Shown: positions 23,967 through 31,645 of the stretch, piece after piece
Numbering within the stretch: position 1 is the stretch's first letter
Layout: the number at the start of each line of letters is the position of its first letter
NCBI GenBank assembly: GCA_035689165.1
Contig: DASSLZ010000246.1
Coordinates: forward strand, 1-31,645
Length of the DNA stretch: 31,645 nt
Direction: 5' to 3'
Origin: Candidatus Eiseniibacteriota bacterium
Lineage (GTDB): Bacteria; Eisenbacteria; RBG-16-71-46; SZUA-252
The notes under the pieces: model-generated
Seen by the model: only the letters and a program-made list of their open reading frames with translations
What the model was told of the DNA's origin: nothing
The model's database searches: none
Made by a program: the position numbers and the translations under genes

Positions 23967-25439
23967 CTGAGCCGGTCCGACGCGCGGAGCTTCTTCGACG
24001 GCCGGACCTTCGACGACTTCCTCTTCCGGCCCGGCAAAGGGCGCGTCGGCTCGCGGCGCGAGGTGCGCCTCACGGGTCGTTTCACGGGCGCCATCGCGCT
24101 CGAGCTGCCCATCGTCTCCGCCAACATGGACAGCGTCACCGAGGGCCCGATGGCGCGCGCGCTCGCGCTGGAGGGAGGCATCGGTGTCGTGCATCGCGCC
24201 CTCCCGATCGGAGAGCAGGCGGCCGAAATCGAGCGCGTCAAGCGGAGCCACGGCTGGGTGGTCGAAGAGCCGCTCTGCCTTCCTCGAGGCGCGAGCCTTC
24301 GGGAAGCGCGCGACGTGATCCGGCGGCACGGCATCACCGGGATCCTCATCGAAGAGGAGCGGGGGAGCCGCGCGCTCGCGGGACTCCTCTCCAACCGCGA
24401 CATCCCGTGGGGGCCCGGGCACGAGGCCGAGCCGGTCGAGCGCTTCATGACCCCGTTCGACCGGCTGGTCACTGGCGCGCCGGGCATCGCGCTCGAAGAG
24501 GCGGAGCGCGTGCTCTACGAGCGGCGGATCGAGAAGCTCCCGCTGGTGGACGCGACGCGGAGGATCCGGGGCCTGATCACGAAGAGCGACATCCAGCTCG
24601 CGCGCGAGCGCCCCGAGTCCACCAAGGACGCCAAGGGGCGTCTCCGCGTCGCGGGCGCGATCGGAGCCCGGGGCGATTTCCTGGAGCGGGCGGAGGCGCT
24701 GCTCGACGCGGGCGCGGACGCCCTGGTCGTGGACATCGCGCACGGCCATTCCGAGGTGATGGAGCAGGCGGTGCAGGCCCTTCGGGCGCGGTTCGGCAGC
24801 GTCCCCGAGCTGGTCTGCGGCAACGTAGGCACGGCGGAGGGCGCGCGCTTCCTGCGGGACCTGGGCGCGGCGGCCGTGAAGGTCGGGATCGGGCCTGGGC
24901 GCGGCTGCCGCACGAGGCTCGAGACGGCGGCGGGGGTTCCGCAGCTCCAGGCGATCCATGAAGCGCGGATGGCCCTGGGCGAGGGAACGCCGATCATCGC
25001 CGACGGCGGCATAAGGCACGACAAGGATCTCTTCCTCGCGCTCGTCTGCGGCGCGGACGCGGTCATGCTGGGCAGCATGCTCTCGGGAACCGACGAAGCG
25101 CCCGGACGCGTAATTGAGGACCCATCGAGCCGAGAAAAGCGTAAAATATACCGTGGCATGACATCCCCCCAGGCGGTCTTCCAGGCGCTGTACGACGACA
25201 CCGATCCGGTCGAGCTGGAACAGGCGCTCGACACTCCATCGGAAGGACAGGAAATCCAGGTGCCGTACCGCGGAGGCGTCCGCGACGTGCTTCATCGCGT
25301 CCGCGGCCACCTGCGCTCCGCGGTGAGCTACGCGGGAGAGGAATCGCTCGCCTGCGTTCGCGAGCGTGTCCTCGCCAACCCCTCGGACAATCTGATCGCC
25401 CTCTCCGCGGCGTCCCGCCGCGAATCCTTCGACCGCTAG
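23967..25439 (+). CDS. IMPDH/GMP-reductase family oxidoreductase with CBS pair; divergent active-site loop; start uncertain (CTG 23967 proposed)
   Basis: TFDDFLFRP (upstream of the ORF-track start), PIVSANMDSVTE, CBS pair, VDIAHGHS, GNVGT, GIGPGRGCRTR, ADGGI, MLGSM, YRGM and SEG...VPYRG. 490 codons from the CTG. Confidence 0.88.
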   Translation: MSRSDARSFFDGRTFDDFLFRPGKGRVGSRREVRLTGRFTGAIALELPIVSANMDSVTEGPMARALALEGGIGVVHRALPIGEQAAEIERVKRSHGWVVEEPLCLPRGASLREARDVIRRHGITGILIEEERGSRALAGLLSNRDIPWGPGHEAEPVERFMTPFDRLVTGAPGIALEEAERVLYERRIEKLPLVDATRRIRGLITKSDIQLARERPESTKDAKGRLRVAGAIGARGDFLERAEALLDAGADALVVDIAHGHSEVMEQAVQALRARFGSVPELVCGNVGTAEGARFLRDLGAAAVKVGIGPGRGCRTRLETAAGVPQLQAIHEARMALGEGTPIIADGGIRHDKDLFLALVCGADAVMLGSMLSGTDEAPGRVIEDPSSREKRKIYRGMTSPQAVFQALYDDTDPVELEQALDTPSEGQEIQVPYRGGVRDVLHRVRGHLRSAVSYAGEESLACVRERVLANPSDNLIALSAASRRESFDR

Positions 25440-25693
25440 CGACCGCTGGCAGGCAGGCTCACTCCTTGCGACTTACATCCATGGGTGGCCGGGCGCGCGT
25501 GCCCGCGCTCCCGCCTCCAGCCGGCGACGGCAGGGAACGGGCAGGTAGGCTGCACGACTCCAATGTCTTCCCGTTCACGAATCAGCGCCGCCGGGGATCG
25601 CCTCGGAGCGTACAGCCGTGTCCCGCGCGGGGCGGTTGGAACAGATTACAGGGGACCACGGTAGAGTCTTCCATCGCAGGGAAGGAGGCGACG

Positions 25694-26383
25694 ATGGCTC
25701 AGATCGATCGCCGCAGCGAGACGGAGCAGGAAGAACAGCGACGGCTGGACGAGGAACGGCGTGTCCGTCAGGCCGAAACGGGGATGGGCCCGCGCCGCGA
25801 GACCAGCGAGGAATATCGCGAGCGCCGCCGTCGCATGGAGAGGGATCAGGGAGCCTGGCCGTACGCGGGGCCGTTGTCTGCAACCGGCTACCGACCGCCG
25901 GGCTATATGGGATATCCCGGCTACCCGAGCTATCCCTGGAGCCGTTTCTCCCACGGGATGGATCCCTCTTACGAAGACTGGCAGGGGCCCGGCTTCGGCA
26001 CGCACACGCCGGGCGGCTGGGAGCCGCGCGTCGAGACCTTCCGCCGCGGGGACGACCTGATCGTCCGTGTGGAGCTGCCGGGGTGGGACAAGGACGAGGT
26101 GAGCGTGTTCGTCGAGGAGGAAGACCTGATCGTGGAAGGAGCGCGCGAGGAGGGCGCCGAAGGAGACCCGGTCCGTCGGGACGAGGAGCGCCGCAAGGAT
26201 GAGCGGCGAGGCGAGTGGAGCGGCAGCCGCTACGCGGCCGAGCGCTTCTCCACGCGGGTTTCGCTGCCGGCGGGCGCCGATCCTGGCGACCTCAAGGCGA
26301 AGTTCAAGAACGGGGTTCTGGAAGTGAAGATTCCGATGCCGGAACGACGCACCGAGCGTCGGACGGTCAAGATCGACACCTGA
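25694..26383 (+). CDS. Hsp20/alpha-crystallin small heat-shock protein with long N-terminal extension
   Basis: SD AAGGAGG before ATG 25694; VRVELPGWDKDEVSV, RFSTRVSLP and AKFKNGVLEVKIP. Confidence 0.9.
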   Translation: MAQIDRRSETEQEEQRRLDEERRVRQAETGMGPRRETSEEYRERRRRMERDQGAWPYAGPLSATGYRPPGYMGYPGYPSYPWSRFSHGMDPSYEDWQGPGFGTHTPGGWEPRVETFRRGDDLIVRVELPGWDKDEVSVFVEEEDLIVEGAREEGAEGDPVRRDEERRKDERRGEWSGSRYAAERFSTRVSLPAGADPGDLKAKFKNGVLEVKIPMPERRTERRTVKIDT

Positions 26384-26423
26384 GAGACGGGAGAGCCGGC
26401 GCCGCATCCAAGCTAAGGGATCC

Positions 26424-29400
26424 ATGAAAATCGACCTCAATCGTTTTCGCGCGCCGCTCCGCTTCCAGGCAGGGGTGTTTCTCGACCGCAAGCTCTTCCG
26501 CGGCATGCCCGCGCCCAAGGCAGCCTCCGAGCCGGACCACGGCCGGAGGCTGCCGGCTCGGCTCTGGGCCGCCGCGGGCATCGGTCTCATCCTCTTTGCC
26601 CACTGGGAGATGTCGACGGCGGCCTTGGAGTCCCGCCTCTTCTCGTCGCTCGCTTCCCGGATGACCTACCGCGTGGAGCCGGGCAAGAGCCCACGGATCA
26701 CCTTCCCGAAGTCGGGCCCGTTCGACACGCGGCTCGGCTACTCGCGCGTGCCCGAGTTCGCGAAGCGGCTCGAGTCGCGCGGCTTCGAATACCAGTCCCA
26801 GGCCCGCTTCACGAAGACCATGGCGCTGGTCGCCGATCTCGGAGTGCCGCCCCCCTATCCCGAGCCCCCGGTCGCCGGGCTGGTGATCGACGGCTCGGGC
26901 GGCGAGCCCCTCTACGACGCCATGGGAACCCGGCGCACGTTCGCGCGCTTCGAGCAGATCCCGCCGGACGTCGTGAAGAGCCTCCTTTTCATCGAAAACC
27001 GCGAGCTGGACCGCTTCGACAGCCCGTACGCCAATCCGGCCATCGACTGGAGCCGCTCGGCCAAGGCGATGGTCATCTACGCGGCCAGCCGCCTCGGCCT
27101 CCCCACGCCGGTCGAGGGCGGGAGCACGCTGGCCGTCCAGATGGAGAAGTACCGCCATTCGCCGAGCGGCCGGACCTCCGGGGCCGTGGAGAAGCTGCGC
27201 CAGATGATCGGCGCGAGCCTGCGCGTCTATCGCCAGGGACCGCGGACGGTCGAGGAGCGCCGGCGCATCGTGCTGGACTACGTGAACACGGTTCCGCTGG
27301 GCGGAACGCCCCGCTATGGCGAGGTCTTCGGCATGGACGAGGGACTGCGGGTCTGGTTCGGCACCGAGCCGGAGAAGGTTTACGCCGCGCTGGCCAAGCC
27401 GCGCGTCACCAAGGCGCGCGCGCGGGCGCTCAAGGAAGTGCTCGCGCTGGTCTGCGCGGTGCGCGCGCCCTCCCGGTATCTCGTTTCGGACCGGGGGGCT
27501 CTCGAGGACCGGGTGGACAAGTTCGTGAAGCTGATGGCCAGCCGGGGGCTCCTCGAGCCCAAGCTCGCCGACGCGGTGGTCAAGACGCGGCTCCGCTTCG
27601 CCGACGTGTCGACCCAGCGCTACCGCACCCAGACCGACAAAGCGACGGTGCTCGTGCGCATGCGCCTCCGGAACCTGCTCGGCGTCCCGAATCTATACGA
27701 CCTCGACCGGCTGCACGTGAACGTGAAGACCACCGTGAACGCGGGGCTGGAACGCGACGTCACCGCCTTCTTCCACCGGATGAACGACGAGGGGTACGTG
27801 GACTCGACGGGACTCAAGGCGGCGCACCTCCTCCTGGACGGCGATCCGGACCGCGTCGTGTACAGCATGATCCTCCGGGAGCGCACGCCCACGGGAGACG
27901 TGGTGCGCGTGCACGCCGATAACGTGGCCGGGCCCTTCGACGTGAACGAGGGGACGAAGATGGAGCTGGGGAGCACCGCGAAGCTCCGGACCCTGGTCCA
28001 TTACCTGAACGTGATGTCGGATCTGCATCAGACGCTCTCGGCGCTCCCGGACGACGTGGTTCGGGATCGGGCGAAGGCGTCCCGCGACCCGCTGACGCAG
28101 TGGGCGGCCGAGACCGTCCGCGACAACCCGGGCATCACCCTGTCGGACTTCCTCTCGAAGTCGCTCGACCGGAAGTATTCGGCCAGCCCCTACGAGCTGT
28201 TCTTCACGGGCGGCGGACTGCTCACGTTCGAGAACTACGACAAGTCGGAGAACAGCCAGATCCTGCCGATCCGCGAAGCGGTCGTGCATTCGACCAACCT
28301 CGTCTTCATCCGGCTCATGCGCGATCTGGTCCGCTACCACGAGGCGCGGTTGCCGTACGACGCGGACAAGATTCTCGGACCCAAGGACACGCCCGAGCGC
28401 ACGTGGATGCTCCGCCAGGTCGCGGCCGAAGAGGGAACGCCGGAGCAGATGGCTTGGCTCTTCCGCACGCGCAACCGGTCGGCCCAGGACAACCGCCTTC
28501 GCGCGCGGATCGAGCGCGACGCCTTCGCGCGCATGACCCCCTACTGGCGGCGGCTCGGTTTCCCCTTCTCGCACCTCGTTCCTTCGTACGCGACGGCGAT
28601 CGGCAGCTCCTCGGACCAGCCGGCGGCGCTGGCCGATCTGATGGGCGTTCTGGTGAACGACGGCGTGCGCCGTCCACCCGCGTTGATCCAGGAGATCGCG
28701 TTTGCGAGCGACACGCCGTACGAGACGCGGCTGGATGCCCCCGCGCCGCAGGGCGGCGACCTGCTGGTGCCGCCCGAGGTGGCGCGGGCCGCCCGCTCGG
28801 TCCTGGGCGCGGTGGTCGAACGGGGCACGGCGGCGCGCCTGCACGGCGCCTTCGTCGACTCGACCGGGGCCCCCATCTGGGTCGGCGGCAAAACGGGTAC
28901 GGGAGACAACCGCTTCGACACCTTCGGGCGGGGTAGAAGGCTCATCTCCTCGCGGGCCGTGAGCCGGACGGCGGCGTTCGCCTTCTGCCTCGGCGACCGC
29001 TACTACGGCGTAGTCACGGCTTCGGTCCTGGGCCCCGAGGCCGACCAGTACACCTTTACGAGCGTTCTGCCGGTCGAAGTGCTGCGGCGGCTCGCTCCCG
29101 TCATCGAGAAGAGGCTGCGCCTGGTGGGGGGTACCGCTCCCCCCGGCGCGACCGTGGCCGCGGTCCAGGATGGCGCTGCGGAGTCCGACGACGTGTCGAC
29201 CGACTCCACGGCCGTCCCCGCGTCTCCGGCCAACGTCGGCGCCGCTCCCGCACCCGACACCGCTCCCGCCGCTCCCGCGGACATCAAGTCCGGAACGCCG
29301 GCCAAGACAGGGGAAGCGGACGACGCGCGGAAGATCCATGACGACGCGATGAAGAATCGCGATGCCCAGCGCGCGAAGGACCGGCGCCAGAACGAGCGCC

Positions 29401-29456
29401 GTCGCCAATGGGATTGGGAATCGCCGTCGCGCACTTCCGCCGGAGGGCGGCTCTAG
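26424..29456 (+). CDS. Large class-A-like penicillin-binding protein (GT51 transglycosylase plus transpeptidase)
   Basis: TM helix; FIENRE and GGSTLAVQMEK; transpeptidase motifs GSTAK (SxxK), HSTN (SxN) and KTGTG; Ala/Pro/Asp-rich tail. Confidence 0.88.
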   Translation: MKIDLNRFRAPLRFQAGVFLDRKLFRGMPAPKAASEPDHGRRLPARLWAAAGIGLILFAHWEMSTAALESRLFSSLASRMTYRVEPGKSPRITFPKSGPFDTRLGYSRVPEFAKRLESRGFEYQSQARFTKTMALVADLGVPPPYPEPPVAGLVIDGSGGEPLYDAMGTRRTFARFEQIPPDVVKSLLFIENRELDRFDSPYANPAIDWSRSAKAMVIYAASRLGLPTPVEGGSTLAVQMEKYRHSPSGRTSGAVEKLRQMIGASLRVYRQGPRTVEERRRIVLDYVNTVPLGGTPRYGEVFGMDEGLRVWFGTEPEKVYAALAKPRVTKARARALKEVLALVCAVRAPSRYLVSDRGALEDRVDKFVKLMASRGLLEPKLADAVVKTRLRFADVSTQRYRTQTDKATVLVRMRLRNLLGVPNLYDLDRLHVNVKTTVNAGLERDVTAFFHRMNDEGYVDSTGLKAAHLLLDGDPDRVVYSMILRERTPTGDVVRVHADNVAGPFDVNEGTKMELGSTAKLRTLVHYLNVMSDLHQTLSALPDDVVRDRAKASRDPLTQWAAETVRDNPGITLSDFLSKSLDRKYSASPYELFFTGGGLLTFENYDKSENSQILPIREAVVHSTNLVFIRLMRDLVRYHEARLPYDADKILGPKDTPERTWMLRQVAAEEGTPEQMAWLFRTRNRSAQDNRLRARIERDAFARMTPYWRRLGFPFSHLVPSYATAIGSSSDQPAALADLMGVLVNDGVRRPPALIQEIAFASDTPYETRLDAPAPQGGDLLVPPEVARAARSVLGAVVERGTAARLHGAFVDSTGAPIWVGGKTGTGDNRFDTFGRGRRLISSRAVSRTAAFAFCLGDRYYGVVTASVLGPEADQYTFTSVLPVEVLRRLAPVIEKRLRLVGGTAPPGATVAAVQDGAAESDDVSTDSTAVPASPANVGAAPAPDTAPAAPADIKSGTPAKTGEADDARKIHDDAMKNRDAQRAKDRRQNERRRQWDWESPSRTSAGGRL

Positions 29457-29929
29457 CTCCGGCCGCCGCGGGCGATGTGCGCGATCAGCTCCGTCAGGAA
29501 GGGCGCCTGGCCGGGATGGATGCGGCGCGCCGCCTCCTCCGGAGCGAACCAGGCGGCCCGGTCCACCTCCGGAAAGGTCCGCTGCCGTCCCGACCGCGGC
29601 GGCCACTCCAGCGTGAACGTATTGCTCCGTACCGCCGAGGCGTCCAGGTCGCCCTCGACCGCCCAGGCGTGGATCACCTTGCCGCTCTTCTGCCGTAGCG
29701 GGCGGAGCGGCGTGAAGGGACCCGCCGCGGCGGAGCCGGTCTCCTCTTCGAATTCACGGCGCGCGGCGTCGAGCGCGGGCTCGTCGTCCTCGAATTCTCC
29801 CTTCGGAATCGACCACGCGCCCCAATCCTTGTCCTTCCAGAACGGTCCCCCCGGATGCACCAACAACACTTCGAGCGAGCCGCCGCGGTGACGAAAGAGC
29901 AGGAGCCCGGCGCTCGTTCTATTCGACAT
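29453..29929 (-). CDS. NUDIX hydrolase (COG4119-like predicted NTP pyrophosphohydrolase)
   Basis: SAGLLLFR, VHPGGPFW, WSIPKGE...AARREFEEETG, LEWPPRSG and FPEVDRAAWF. Confidence 0.92.
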   Translation of the reverse strand: MSNRTSAGLLLFRHRGGSLEVLLVHPGGPFWKDKDWGAWSIPKGEFEDDEPALDAARREFEEETGSAAAGPFTPLRPLRQKSGKVIHAWAVEGDLDASAVRSNTFTLEWPPRSGRQRTFPEVDRAAWFAPEEAARRIHPGQAPFLTELIAHIARGGRS

Positions 29930-29943
29930 GGGAGGGTTGCATC

Positions 29944-30180
29944 ATGGCCACGATCACCTGGCTCACCAACGTGGACGAAGCCCTGGCGAAAGCCCGGGCG
30001 GGAAACAAGCCGCTTCCTCCTGGATTTTAGCGCGGCCCCGATGCGCTCGGCTTCCATCGGTTCCACGCCACATGGACACCCACGCAGCTGGTGCTGGAGC
30101 CCGACGGAACGGAGCGCTCGCTGCGCGAGCGCCATCCCGCGAGCGAGTGGACCCGGAAGGCATCCGTCTGGGCCGGTTAG
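29944..30180 (+). pseudogene. Fragmented thioredoxin-family (Trx plus TPR-like) gene relic
   Basis: SD GGAGG and ATG 29944 give MATITWLTNVDEALAKARAGNKPL. A shifted frame gives LLDFSAAPM, then FHRFHATWTPTQLVLEPDGTER and ERHPASEWTRKASVW-stop. The start frame has a premature TAG at 30028. Family assignment is by recollection. Confidence 0.7.
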
Positions 30181-30191
30181 CCGATCCGGTG

Positions 30192-30197
30192 TAGACT
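30192..30197 (+). promoter_or_regulatory. -10 element (TAGACT) of a probably leaderless M20 transcript
   Basis: TAGACT ends exactly 6 nt before GTG 30204; no SD is present. Confidence 0.5.
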
Positions 30198-30203
30198 GCC
30201 GGC

Positions 30204-31580
30204 GTGACCCCCCAGCCCGACCGGATGGCAGCCGTCGAGCGCGCCGTCGAGAGCCGCCTGGAGCGGAATCTCGAGGAGCTCGCGCGGCTCGTCGCGCAGC
30301 CGAGCATCGCGGCGCAGAACGTCGGCATGGACGCGTGCGCCGAGCTGGCGGCCGGAATGCTGCGCGAGCGGGGGTTCTCGGTCGAGTTTCCGCGCGTGCC
30401 GGGCTTTCCGGTGATCGTGGCGGAACGCCACGGCGCCTCCGACCGTACACTCCTCATCTACAACCACTACGACGTCCAGCCTCCCGAGCCGCTCGAGCTG
30501 TGGACCAGCCCTCCCTTCGAGGCGACGCGGCGGGGCGACCGCCTGATCGCGCGCGGCGTGAGCGACGACAAGGGGCATTTCACGGCGCGCCTGCTCGCGA
30601 TCGACGCGCTGCTCGCCGAGCGGGGCGACCTTCCGTGCCGGATCCTCTGGGTTCTCGAAGGGGAAGAGGAGATCGGAAGCCCCAACCTCCCGGCGTTCGT
30701 CCGCGACCACAAGGAGCGCCTCGCGGGGGACGCCTGCCTCTGGGAGTTCGGCTACGTGGACCCGGGCGGCGTGCCGGTGCTGCACGCGGGACTCCGCGGA
30801 ATCTGCTACGTCGAGCTGTCGGTCGAGACCGCGGCCCGAGACGCCCATTCGGGCGTCGGCGGCTCCATCTTCCCAAACGCGGCGTGGCGGCTCACCTGGG
30901 CGCTGGCCAGTCTCAAGGGCCCTGACGAGCGGATTCGGGTCCCGGGCCACTACGACTCGGTGCGGCCGCCCTCATCGCGCGACCGCGAGCTGATGGAGGC
31001 CATGCCCGAGACGGCGGGGGAGTATCGCGAGCTCTACGGCGTGACGCGGTTCTTGAGAGGGCTCGAGGGGGGCGCCGAGCTCCGCATCGCCGAGGTGTTC
31101 GAGCCGACCTGCACGATCTGCGGCCTGGACTCCGGCTATCAGGGAGCGGGCTCCAAGACGGTCCTTCCCGCCCGGGCGTCGGCCAAGGTCGACTTCCGGC
31201 TGGTACCCGACCAGACGCCGGCGGAGGTGCTTCAGAATCTACGCGCGCACCTCGACCGCGAGGGATTCCCGGACGTGACGATACGCTTCCTGGGCGGCAA
31301 TCCCGCGGGCCGCACCGATCCGGATCATCCCTTCCTGCGCCTGGTGGCCGAGACGGCCATTCCCGCGTTCGGCGTTCCGATGCGGATCGTGCCGATGATC
31401 GGCGGCTCCGGTCCCAACGAGTCGTTCATCCGATATCTCGGCGTACCGGTCGCCACGGCCGGCTTCGGCTACCCCGACACGAGGGCCCACGCTCCGGACG
31501 AGAACCTCCTCGTGTCGTTGTACGAGAAACACGCGAAGCACGCCGCCCGGCTCATCGACGCGTTCGCGAGCGGCTCCTGA
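30204..31580 (+). CDS. M20/M25/M40 family metallopeptidase (ArgE/DapE-like dipeptidase)
   Basis: YNHYDVQP, RGVSDDKG, EGEEEIGS, DAHSG, KTVLPA and AHAPDENL. Confidence 0.93.
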   Translation: MTPQPDRMAAVERAVESRLERNLEELARLVAQPSIAAQNVGMDACAELAAGMLRERGFSVEFPRVPGFPVIVAERHGASDRTLLIYNHYDVQPPEPLELWTSPPFEATRRGDRLIARGVSDDKGHFTARLLAIDALLAERGDLPCRILWVLEGEEEIGSPNLPAFVRDHKERLAGDACLWEFGYVDPGGVPVLHAGLRGICYVELSVETAARDAHSGVGGSIFPNAAWRLTWALASLKGPDERIRVPGHYDSVRPPSSRDRELMEAMPETAGEYRELYGVTRFLRGLEGGAELRIAEVFEPTCTICGLDSGYQGAGSKTVLPARASAKVDFRLVPDQTPAEVLQNLRAHLDREGFPDVTIRFLGGNPAGRTDPDHPFLRLVAETAIPAFGVPMRIVPMIGGSGPNESFIRYLGVPVATAGFGYPDTRAHAPDENLLVSLYEKHAKHAARLIDAFASGS

Positions 31581-31645
31581 GCTTCTCCTAGAGCCGGCCG
31601 CTCGTGGAGCGCTCGGTCGCGCGCGTGCGCGGCGAGCTCCCCGAG

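Noticed and set aside
25637-25662. GGAAC-N16-CGGT as an ECF promoter for hsp20
   Set aside because: The -10 part is a poor match and I found no second copy in the window.
31588-31645. Possible C-terminus of a minus-strand gene ending at TAG 31588-31590
   Set aside because: Eighteen codons with no motif; the frame cannot be determined.
1-31645. Mobile element, prophage, CRISPR array or defence island
   Set aside because: No transposase, integrase, phage structural gene, regularly spaced repeats or recognisable defence domains, and no obvious composition break.

Overview
High-GC bacterial chromosomal window (roughly 70% GC by eye) with about 24 protein-coding genes and one gene relic. I saw no rRNA, tRNA, CRISPR array, transposase or integrase. 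Gene content resembles a general-stress/repair region: type IB topoisomerase, a DAGK-PAP2 fusion, a YdaD-like SDR, a DUF948/YtxH pair, BON, LysM, Hsp20, UdgX plus Lhr helicase, two PIG-L deacetylases, a PLP decarboxylase, a hybrid kinase, a divergent IMPDH-family enzyme, a large PBP, a NUDIX hydrolase and an M20 peptidase. The ORF track misses four things. (1) Eight sigma54-type -24/-12 motifs lie in intergenic DNA; seven point at an identified gene start and the eighth points off the left edge, suggesting an RpoN-driven stress regulon. (2) Three genes have a TANNNT -10 box exactly 6 nt before the start codon, suggesting leaderless mRNAs. (3) The IMPDH-like gene extends upstream of its first canonical start (CTG start or 1-nt deletion) and has a rewired catalytic loop. 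(4) A shattered thioredoxin-family relic has lost its redox motif. A convergent three-gene module (PIG-L, histidine phosphatase, PRTase-like/kinase-like protein) of unknown function and a udgX-lhr operon are the best candidates for undescribed systems. All family calls come from motif recognition; no database search was run.
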